From contig CAIIXF020000001.1 in assembly GCA_903813345.2 (NCBI GenBank), positions 2,976,001 through 3,040,000 of the forward strand: a stretch of DNA of 64,000 nt. The letters run 5' to 3'. The translations under genes and the position numbers were made by a program. This DNA is from Owenia fusiformis (taxonomy: Eukaryota). Below are positions 48,884 through 61,100 of this stretch, in pieces. A model generated the notes under the pieces. It did no database searches. It was not told the origin of the DNA and saw only the letters and a list, made by a program, of their open reading frames with translations. Positions within the stretch are counted from its first letter, which is position 1, and every line of letters begins with the position of its first letter.

Positions 48884-51800
48884 TAGTATGACAATATACA
48901 GTGTAGGAAGGTTTCAGCTACTACATTCCTGTAATAGGGAAGAAATTTTAACAACATTTCGTAAACGTAACATATATGTATAAAACGGATGCCAATATGT
49001 ATCATTTGGATCCAGAACGGTAACAAATGGATGCTATCATAAATTATACTTTATTATGATGATATATTTACAGAAGAACAACTGGCCAGATTTCCTGTGT
49101 ATCAATTGCTTAGTTAATCATTCCTCATTCAGCGAAGCAATTGAACACACCCTTACAAGACAGCCTCAAGAAGAATTGAAAATTGATAGACTGGATATAA
49201 ATCCATAAACTTGAAAATGCTATTACAGAAGAAAAATTAAGGTTTCATCCCTCATACAGTAAACTTGAAAAAATGGGTCCATATCATGTCATGTAATGAT
49301 GACGATGAAAATATTGAAATCAGGTACAACAATCAAGAGAATTCCAAGATTCATCAAACAACTCTTTTACACAAAGATCAAGATCTAGAGCCATTAACAT
49401 TCTTTGACAGTGAAAGGTACATATGCTACATTGCTTGTGATTTGGCTTATAAAATATCTGGCCTCTTATATTTTGATATGCTTCTCTGCATGTAATTTCC
49501 GAAAAAAATAACGTGGCTAATAGTCCTTAAATCACAACAGGCCACAGGCTTATTGCACAAAAAACTAAATAATCTGAAATATACGACTGTCATTCGTATT
49601 GTTTCCTTATAATAAGGAGTTTAAGCTTGCATATAAAATCGAAACGCCAACCTATACGTCTGAGCAATTGCCCTTACAAATGCATCGCTTACTTAGGTTC
49701 GCGTTTAGGTTGTTAAAAACAGTGCTAGCTTAAAGTCTCTATTATTGAACAATGGCCTTTTGATTTCTCGTTTTCTATGTTTTACTGACACCATATGACA
49801 GTGAACTTTAACAGTTCAGCCAAAAATATACCAAACTACACACGATGTGTAAAGAAAGACTATTGTCTAATACTACCTTAATTAAAAAGTCCAAACCATT
49901 CATTTACTTTATTGTTATTTTGCTATACATCTTATCACTCTTCTCGTTTTCTTTATATTGCTACCTTTCATATCGTTGGTTGTTTACTGTAATTCCAACA
50001 AATAACACATGGATTAATGCCTGACGATGTAAACACATAAAAATGCTCCTACGTTTTTTCAATTACATCAATTAAACATTTACAAGCATTCTGCATAAAT
50101 GTGTGAGTATATCAATTTTACGTTTTGATGGATGCGTTAAATACTTTCATATTACACTATTAATTTAATTTACACTATAGCGCCATCGAGCAATGCTAAA
50201 TGTCAACAATGAAAAAAATAATTTTATTTCAAAAAGCACGTTTCATATTAGGAAAGAAAACCTACGTTTACTCGCTTCTAATTTAGGATGATATTGTTAA
50301 TGTTAGCCGCACTGCCGTTAGTTAACAGTCAAGGTACGTACTATTGCAAATGTTTTGTTTCATTTTATTTATAAATTGCATATAATTGACTTAAAACTAA
50401 TCAAGTATCATCTAAAATGTTAAATCATAAAATTACAAAACGTGAGTCTATTCATTTTCACCATATAAATTGCATGCTCTATAATCGATATGGCATTTGA
50501 TGCCATTAATATTACGTGAACTGTTATTTCATCCTTTACATGCATCAGAATGGAACTATGGAAGTTTAGGTAAGTAATTATTGATATAATAAACATAATT
50601 TAGATATAAGTAACCGATATCAAAGATAATGATCAGTATTTTAATGTAAATGTCAAAATCACTTGTACATGAAATTGAAATTGTGCGATGGAACAAAATA
50701 TATTGATTCGGAGGGTTGTAAATTAACAAATGAATATGTATCTCCATGGATACCTTAAGAGAATGACTCGCATAATATTGGGTTGTTTCATCACTTTTCC
50801 TTATGACTTAAGCATTTGATGTCTAACAATATATCTAAGGGATTCTAGAGAGATATGCATACTTGGTATATCCCTTGAAATAAACTGAAGATTTTGCACA
50901 CTTTACGTTGTGAAACTTGCTGGTCAAAAGAAACGCCCCGATTCCAAGTTTTGTTAACGTTTAAGTTTATGTTCCTAGCACATTTCCAGCACTGTTTAAT
51001 AAACAGTGCTGTTTGGTGATTGGCAGTGTGCCCTCTTTAAGTAAAGTTTTATTTTAAACTATTTGGAAGTAGCCTCCATGTCATAGATTCGGCTCCCTTA
51101 TTGAATGTTGCAGTGGAATTTGAAGGTCAGAGTCTCAATGATAATATATATTATCAGGAATAATTCATCTTGCCCGTTGGCCATTTTGACTTTTAAACAT
51201 TCCTTTGTACTGACACCATACATTAGCCAGTAAATGCCATGGCCTCCCACGTCTGTTATAGACAAGGTATGGACGTGACCTGAGGCCTTGGCATACGTTA
51301 TAAAATGTTTAATAATCTCCCAGTTTACTAATGTTGGTAATGCCTAGTGTATATGTAAATATACTATCTTGGCTACTTACTCATGCAAATGACAAGATAG
51401 TTGTAAAACACAAGAAACTTTATTTTACTGTATACCCGGGCCTCAGGACGTGACCTCCCTACTTTCAAATGGCGTTTTGAGGTTTGTGCATCATTCTTTC
51501 GGCCCAGTCAACTTGTAGAATATAAAGCCTACCTGACCTAGATAACTTAGCTGTCATAGCATATTCAACAGGTCAATAAAGTCCCAGGCTCAATTCTTGT
51601 TTGAGAAGTAAAAGTATTTTATGGATTTACCCTTTAATTGTGCCTTTTTTGATAAATTGGCCAAAAAAGGCCTTAAAGCCCAAAAGGCCCACTTTGAGGC
51701 CTTACAAAAAATGTTTGGCCCAAAAACTATGGGCCCCAAAAACTATGCCCCCCCCTCCGGATCCGCCACTGATCCTTGGTTGATTGAAGGTGTTGTTTGT

Positions 51801-52132
51801 GCATATAAGTATTTGTATGTATCGGGTATATAAAGTTGGAACTAACATTATAAATGGTAATAGAGATATGCATACAATCACCGTGAAACAGATACATTGA
51901 AACACTATCCATCATTCTGTTTTCAGATAGTTTATGCTAATATTTTTTATAGAAATGCAATTATTTGAAGTGATACAAATGATGTGACATGAATCATCAT
52001 TATGAAATTTATGTTTTCTTAATAGGTCTACGCACAAATGAACATGCTTACAATTAAAATGTCTATGTTATACATAACATTAACCAGAAGACCCAGAAAG
52101 AGCTACATCTTACCGCCTACTATTAATTACAG

Positions 52133-55100
52133 GGCCGTCTACATGGGGGGATGGTTTCTCTCAATGTGGGGAGCCGAACCAGTCACCTGTGGACATTGAC
52201 ACAGACAAGTTAGAAACGGATTCGAGTTTAAATGCATTCGGATTTCATAACTTTGATAAAAAAGCTAACAATGAGCTCGAAAATACAGGACATACTGGTG
52301 AGTATTTTTCAATTATTTCTAATGTCAAGAGTTTCGGAAATATTTTATGTTTTTCAACATGTTTCGTCATGACTAGAGTATGACCGATATACAGGGTCTT
52401 AACAATGTACCCAAAAGTATACCAACAGCACAGATAATCCAATCAACATGTTTGTGATGTAGCTGAAGCATGCACTGAACGATGAGAATGATGATGTTTA
52501 AATCGATCATTCAATCAAATTACAATATATTGAGTTAAATTTCAAATAATCCCTCAAAGAGTCTCGATGCTTCTTTTGATAATTTGCCCTTACTTTGGGA
52601 AGATTGCAAGTGTGAGGTTGTCCGGGCATTTGATATATTTGTCTGTGAAGATGATAATTTAAAGATATCATTAATCTTCGGCAATGGTGGCACTTTATTA
52701 GACTCCAGATGAAATCTGGAGTCTATTGTTTTTGCCTCTTTTCTTATTAGACTCCAGATGAAATCTGGAGTCTATTGTTTTTGCCTCTTTTCTTTTTCTT
52801 ATTCTTCTTATTCTTCTTATACTGATCGAGTTTTCTCAACAACTATAAGACATCTTTTCAAGACTATTATATGGTCAATATAGGTATAGTATCTAGTTGG
52901 TGGGAAATGGGGTCAAATTTTTATCTAGGTCAAAGGTCAAGAACTAGGTCAAATCCAGTACTTTGTCACTTTTTTCGATTTTCTCGGTCGTCCTTCAATA
53001 TTTTCGATCCGGGTTTTTTTCATTGTGTTCCTTATAAAAAAGTAGGAAACCTAGGGTCGATTTAGTTTTTTGATATCTCAAACCGATTTTGAGATATCAG
53101 TGTCCGAAAACCAGGTCCAAAAAAAGGTTCTCCGAATCAAATGTGCAGGATATTAGTCTTATAGGAAATTTTCTCAGGATTCCGAATCTGAAAACGAAAT
53201 TTAGATCTGACTTCCGGTTTGGAAGTTATGGCGTTTTGAAAACTCAAAAATCGCTAAATTTGGTGCCCATGTTAAGTCAATGGGAAAAAATATTTTTTTG
53301 AAGTGAAAAATACGGAATATAGACTGAGTTCAGCTTCATATAATCCAAGCCTTTAAAAGAAGGGGACCTCAAAAGCCATCTAGCTTCACAATTTGGACAC
53401 CGAAATGCCTAGGTCAAAATCTAGGTCAAATTCATAGGTTTTCCTTATTTTTTCGATTCTGACACTACACTTTAATTATATTCTTCGAAATTGTGTATAC
53501 ATGTAGCCAAGAATATGCTAATAGTGTTAGCCTTTTGCCGTCAGAAAGTATTTTGACCCACTTTTGAGATATGGTGTCCGAAAAGTAGGTCAAAATAAAA
53601 AGTTCTCCAAATTGAATATATGAGTTATGAATTAAGGGTAGAATTCTGTCAGGAATCCGAATCTGCAAACCAAATTTCGATCCAACTTCCGGTTCGGAAG
53701 TTATGGCGTGTCCGAAAAGTAGGTCAAAATAAAAAATCTCCAAATTTAACGTATGAGTTATGAATTAGGGCTAGAATTTTGTCAGGAATCCGAATCTGCA
53801 AACCAAATTTCGATCTGACTTCCGGTTCGGAAGTGATAGCGTTTTGAAATTTCGAGAAAAATCGATCTGATGGTATCCTGATAGAAAGTCAAGAGTAGAG
53901 AAGAAAATATTGAAAAATTCATCCATCCTTCCTATCTCATCCTACCCTATCCTTCCTATCTATCCTTCCTTCATATCAATTCCTTCCTATCCTTCCTATC
54001 CTATCCTATCCTTTCTTCCTATTCTATTCTATCCTATCCTTCTTTCTTATTCTATCCTATCGTTCTTTCCTATTCTATCCTATCCTACCTTCCTATTTTA
54101 TTTATCCATCTCTTTCTAGATGACTCAGCTTATTCTGGATGACTCGGCTAAAAAAAGTCTAGATCTGGAGTCTGAAATTGAACTTCGTTCAATTTCCAAA
54201 ATCTAGTTCTTCTTATTCTTCTTATTCTTATTATACTGATCGAGTTTTCTCAACAACTATAAGACATCTTTTCAAGACTATTATATGGTCAATATAGGTA
54301 TAGTATCTAGTTGGTGGGAAATGGGGTCAAATTTTTATCTAGGTCAAAGGTCAAGAACTAGGTCAAATCCAGTACTTTGTTATTTTTTTCAATTTTCTCG
54401 GTCGTCTTTCGATATTTTCGCTCGTTTTTTTTAGTCATGTTCCTTTAAAACAAAGCTAATTCCGAAAGGCAAATCGTTTTTTGATAACTCTAACCGTTTT
54501 TGAGATATGGCGTCCGAAAAGTAGGTCACAACAAAAAGTTCTCCAAATTCAACATATGAGTTATGGAATAGGTGTAGAATTTTCCTAGGTATCCGAATCT
54601 GCAAACCAAATTTTGATCCGACTTCCGGTTCGGAAGTTATGTCGTTTTAAAAGCTCAAAAATCGCTAAATTTGGTGTCCATGTTAAGTCAATGGGAAAAA
54701 TGATTTTTTTGAAGTGATAAATACGAAATATAGACTGAGTTCAGCTTAATTTAATGAAAGCCTTCAAAAGAAGGGGACCTCAAAAGCCATCTAGCTTCAG
54801 AATTTGGACACCAAAATGCCTAGGTCAAAATCTAGGTCAAATTCAAAGGTTTTCCTTATTTTTGCGATTCTGACACTACACTTCAATTATATTCTTCGAA
54901 ATTGTGTATACATGTAGCCAAGAGTGTGCTAATAGTGTTAGCCTTTTGCCGTCAGAAAGTATTTTGACTCACTTTTGAGATATGGTGTCCAAAAAGTAGG
55001 TCAAAATATTAAGTTCTCCAAATTTAACGTATGAGTTATGAATAAAGGGTAGAATTTTGTCAGGAATCCGAATCTGCAAACCAAATTTCGATCCAACTTC

Positions 55101-58100
55101 CGGTTTGGAAGTTATGACATTTTGAAAGCTCAAAAATCGCTAAATTTGGTGCCCCATGTTATGGCAATGGGAAATAAGGTTTTTTTGAAGTGTAAATTAC
55201 GAGATTTAGACTAAGTACAGCTTAAAATAATGAAAGCCTATGAAAGAAGGGGACCTTGAAGGCTACTTAACTTCAAAATTTGGACACCAAAATCCCTAGG
55301 TCAAAATCTAGGTCAAATTCATAGTTTATTCTTATTTTTGCGATTCTGACACTACACTTTAATTATATTCTTCGATATTGTGTATATATGTAGCCAAGAG
55401 TGGGCTAATAGTGTTAGCCTTTTGCCGTCAGAAAGAATTTTGACCCACTTTTGAGATATGGTGTCCGAAAAGTAGGTCAAAATAAAAAGTTCTCCAAATT
55501 TAACGTTTGAGTTATGAATTAAGAATAGAATTTTCTCAGAAATCCGAATCTGCAAACCAAATTTCGATCCGACTTCCGGTTCCGAAGTTATGGCGTGTCC
55601 AAAAAGTAGGTCAAAATAAAAATTCGCCAAATTTAATGTATGAGTTATGAATTAGGGGTAGAATTTTGTCAGGAATCCGAATCTTTACATCAAATTTCGA
55701 TCCGACTTTCGGTTCGGAAGTTATGGCGTTTTGAAATTTCGGAAAATCGATCTGATGGTATCCTGATAGAAAGTCAAGAGTAGAGAAGAAAATATTGAAA
55801 AATTCATCCATCCTTCCTATCTGTTCCTATCCTATCCTATCCTTCCTTCGTATCCTTTCCTTCCTATCCTTCCTATCCTCTCCTATCATATCCTTTCCTC
55901 CTATTCTGTTCTATCCTATCCTTCTTTCTTATTCTATCCTATCGTTCATTCCCATTCTATCCTATCCTACCTTCCTGTTTTATCCATCCATCTTATTCTG
56001 GATGACTCGGCTTATTTTAGATGACTGGGCTTAAAAAAGTCTGGATCTGGAGTCTGAAATTGAACTTCGTTCAATTTCCCAAGTCTAGTTATATTTAGAG
56101 TTCGAACTTGAAAGAGAAAAATCTTTTCTGTAACTTAAACAGAAGATCAAGATGTGTCTCATTGGCCCACTCCTACTATCCTGTCCCACTCCTGTCCTAG
56201 ATCATTTATATAAAGATGAAGAGAAAGGGACCTAATGTAGGTCCTTTGGGGACACCACATCGTCACATTCCCTTTGAGTATTCTTTGACAAAAGTAGTTT
56301 ATTTCCTGTTACTGATATAGCCTTTGAACTCATCAAGGGATTTTTCCTGGAATCTACGAAGATCCAGTATATGTCGAAGAATATAATGATCAACCTATCA
56401 TACACTTTCCTTACATCCAAAACTCTTAAAATGATGTTTTTCTCCATTGTTATCCTACGATTATCTTGGGAAGTCAAAAATGTCTAACAAGTACATTCAT
56501 TCTTTCCAAATTTATTCATACGAATAATTTTGAACTTTTCAATTAACTAGCAGTGCAATTCTGTTATTTATAATATATTGTCAAAAGTGATCATGGTCTG
56601 CAATCACTAAAGCACCATTAATTCGTTTTATTTATTTCAATTCATCTCGAAAGATAAGAGGTGAGAGCGATAGATTGATTGAGTAAAGTAGCTAGATCAG
56701 AAGTAAATTTACCACTCCAATTCATAATTGTTTAATTAATTAGTGAAATATCACCCTACCTCTGAATCTTTTAAATTATCAATCATTTTTTGAACTTTTC
56801 GACTGTTACTCGTCTTAAAGATACACTTTAATTGAAAGAATGTGATGTTTTTTTCAAGATGGCAGGATAAAGGACAAAGGAACATAAGAACATAAACTGT
56901 TCCAAACCGTTCGGCAAATCGATATTAGAATCCCCATTAAGAAAAATATCTCACTTTCCTTTTAAACTAAAGGCTTAATTTGTCATTAAAATATCAGTAT
57001 TAACATAAAAAAATTTGCAACCAACTGTAATCAGGAAATGCCTGTTACATTCATATTGATTTCAATAGTAATAACTTGCACATCATAATCAAATCATATC
57101 TCGTTTCATACCCAATATTAGTTACTATAAATGCCACCACATCCGCCTGTTCTAACAGTTTTACAGCAGATAAATTCTGAATTGAATCTTTGTATTTGTT
57201 TTCAGATTCATTGCTCTCATTAAGCCGAATTTCAAAGACAACAGATATGCAAATGTTCTTTAGTTTGTGTTAGAAACCATAGTATGTAGTTAACGATAAT
57301 TATAATACATTCCCCATCCCTGTATTTCAATGAGAAATGATGCGAGTAGAAATAATCTTTATTTACGTCATTAGATATTCAAAATCCACTCAAAGTGATG
57401 CCATATTTGAAATCTATATGTTAAAGTACATCTAGAAATATGGTTTAAAAATTGTTTGTCAACTTAATTCTTTTTGAAAATATGACTTCTAGTTTGGAGA
57501 GATTCTCCATAGACCCCAGTTACAAAATCACAAAAAATAAAATATCTTTTCTTGTATTGAACATTTCCTTTTACTGAAGATATTTTTAATTTGCACAACT
57601 ATTAGATACATAACAGGTGATATGAAAACTGAACCACTAAAAGAGATGTAATTTAAGTTCAAGGGAGCTTACTATATCCGCCTTGATATCTGGCCCGAAC
57701 CTGGTGGTGAAACTGGTAACTACCTCCTCGCATTTCAGCAATTATGGTGCTTGGAATTCGTAAACGAGTGTACGTCTACAATGGCGGACTGGAGGGAAGC
57801 TATGTCGTAGTAGGGTTTCACTTTAGGTGGGGATCCGAGCATACGGTTGACGGCAATCGGTCTCCACTCGAGGTACATAGATACTAGTTTGCTATACTCT
57901 AGTTTAAAAGTTTCATACTTGACATTGGACATTACGGACTCATACAATATAGATAGAAGAAAAATTAAGATCTAACCTCCCCGGCTAACCTCGTTTTTTA
58001 CCTTTATATTTACCTTTAATCACCCAATTTTTTTCTTTTACTACTGATTGTTCCGTCCTGTTTTGAACTATAGCAGTCATAAATGCAATTTCAGTATTGT

Positions 58101-61100
58101 AGCTAAGCACGACACCTTTACTAAGACGACTTTTTCCTTTCATTTCAGTTGCAAATTGTATGTTTTAACAGGAAATTTCCAACAATGAACGACGCCATTG
58201 AAGCTTCGAATACTGAACCAGACAGTGTTATCAACTTAGCCGTGCTTTTTGAGGTATATTATTTTAGCAAATCATTAGCATCCAGATCCAAGTCGTACAA
58301 ATATTTTTATATTTTGCACACAAAAATAAGAAATAATGAATGTATTTCCAGATATCCTCTTCTGATAACAAAAACTTGGACCCACTCGTGACTGCACTCG
58401 AACAGGTACAGACTGCAGGTAGGGTCGACACATGGGGTTCGACAGTACACACAGTCAGTTATATGGATCGTTTGCTACTTTTGATAATAAATGTGAACGG
58501 TTGCAGAAATGAAAACCAAAGAAACTTGAAATAAAACTTGAATGGTGATACGATATTTCTAGATACAAGTGTTTTATATGCCAATATTCATATCATAAAG
58601 TATTTGATGATGCATATCAATTATTTATCACCATAGGTTCAAAGGTGAAGGTCAGAGGTCGTCTCCGATTTAAAGATCTACTGCCATTCTCTGCAGCGAC
58701 AAATTATTACAGATACCAGGGAAGGTTTTCCAACCCACCATGTTTTTATACCTTGTGGACGGTTTTCTCGGACACTGTTTTGATCTCGGAGACACAGGTA
58801 AGATGCAATCAGTCATAACATGCGTTACATTATATTTCACTTCATTACATTACACCCTACTGCTTTCGGTGAAACTTGTGATATATACCAGAGACAACGT
58901 ATAGAGGATTGTTCCATCAATTCTTTAATGCTAGATGAAGTTGACTCTCTTATGGTATACAAATAAACCATAATTCTTTTTTTTCAATACATCATATTAC
59001 ATATGAATTTATCCACACTTTTAATGGATCGTGACCACTTCAAATTGCTAAATTGCAATTCTTTGCAGCTCGAAGCGTTCAAAAGGCTAAAAGACAAAGA
59101 TGGGAATCCATTGAAGGATACATTCAGACCGACCCAACAACTTGGAAATCGTGTTATCAAGTCAAGCATGCCACCACTAAGACAGTTCGACCCTGGTGTT
59201 CCCAATAAATGTATATCTTATATAGCGGTCAAGTAGTCGATTGAGACTAGATATACTTTTTTGTAAAACTTATATATCCTGAAATGATTGGACATACATG
59301 TTTTCATTTTATTGTGGATGATCCAATGTAGCCTTGCCCAAGTCTATGTCTTTTTTATTTTTCATTTTTATTTAAATTATATTGAAGATCAAGATACGTA
59401 AAAGAAAGTATCGTCTTGGGCAAGGCTAGATCCAATACTAAACAACCGATTCATCATCTGAATAAAAATGTTTTGAAAATTATTTACAAATTCCAATACT
59501 TTAAAGGATATTTTAACAATATACCAAGAAAATATAGGAAAAACATACAGATACGTTTTTTCTTCAATGTTACTATTTTTGTGTTATATAAATGAAGCCT
59601 GTGTGGATGTGTTTCTGGTCATTGACGAGAGCTGCTCTGTGTACGATGACATGCACAAAGTGAAGGAGTTCCTCTTGGATCTGGTGGATAGAATTATTAT
59701 CGGGACTGATGCCGTGTTAATGTCGCTTGTAAGGTATGGTCTTCATCTAACACATAAATGCCTCATCTGTTATATTCAATGTCACTCATCGACTCATTCC
59801 CCAAACAGTGATTTGATAACTACTTTCATCATCAGGAAATAAACAGAATACGTATATGCCACTCATTTGTCATAAATCTATAACTTTACACATGTACATC
59901 GACGGTTGCCGTTCTCACTTTTTACAGATATAGTGCCCCAGTCACTATGAACTTTTACCACAGCAATACAACCAACAATGATGTTGTCATGCGACTCATC
60001 GACACACAACCTTTAGGACAGCGGACCACTTGTAGGACGCATACCTCAGAAGCACTCAAGTTCAATTTGAATAGGTTTAAGATGGTTTTTAATGATATAT
60101 AGATTCACATAACATCATGCCATCTTTATTTGAAAAAAAACTAATTTTGCATTAAATGTTAATTTTAATTGTTGATAATTTATAACGTAATTATTCGTAT
60201 AACTACCTGTAATTCAAATGATTGTGTCCTTCCTATATATATTTCTCATTTAACATTTATTTCGATTTTGAGGTACTTTAATTATGATTTATGATTATTA
60301 CTGTTGTTTGTAGGTTCTTTGGCCTACATGGAGGCCAGAGGAACGAAACGACACAGCGTGATTATGGAATCAGAACAGTTGCTCCTGACGTCATGATAAT
60401 AATAACAGACGGAATCTCCATCCCTATGAGAGCCCGAACATGTAAGGTTTTAATTTATCATCAGTTACTGAAATATCCAAATTAACACATTTGATGAGCT
60501 AAGATTATTATCCAATGATAATTTCCATATCTGACCTGACCATAATTATATTGAATAATTTATTATTGTATGAATCTCTATTTTTGTTTCTCCAATAGCC
60601 GCGCTTGCAGAAGCCGCCAAACTGAGAGGACATGGAGTCGAGATTTACACCATCGGCTTGAAAAATCAAAACGCACGCAATGGATATGAGGAGCTGCATG
60701 GATTTACTGGGGGCAAAGATGACCACGTGTTTGATATCAACAATGATGGTTTAGCAGGTCATTTCGCGCATATCATCAACTCTTACGACACGTGTACAGG
60801 CGAAAAAAGTATGATCAGATATCAATTTGTGGTACGAATCAGTATTGAACGTTCAAGTAATAGTATATTCAGATTAAAGCATTAATATCAAGATTCTTTT
60901 ACAAACTTTTACAAACTTTTCATGACATTTCTGATAAATGACCAAGATGAGTACTAACTATTATTTAATTTTTCAATTAATTTATGTAACATAGATACAC
61001 AAATATAATATAGACAGGAAATCACTTGTCTACATCTAGATTGTTCTGACCAACTTGACATTGTGTTGGTAATAGACACGTCACAGAGTTTACTGACATC

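Noticed and set aside
49074-49416. Exon-like segment (AG...GT flanked) as the 5' part of the CA-VWA gene
   Set aside because: Stops occur in the frames I read, with no signal peptide or recognisable domain, so it cannot be supported.
53465-56034. Repeated ORFs (HAITSEPEVGSKFG..., ILSYP-rich)
   Set aside because: These are translations of non-coding tandem units and CCTAT microsatellite within the HINE-like element.
57206-57281. Additional coding exon of the CA domain
   Set aside because: All three frames contain stops, and exons 52133-52297 and 57739-57872 already join in phase.
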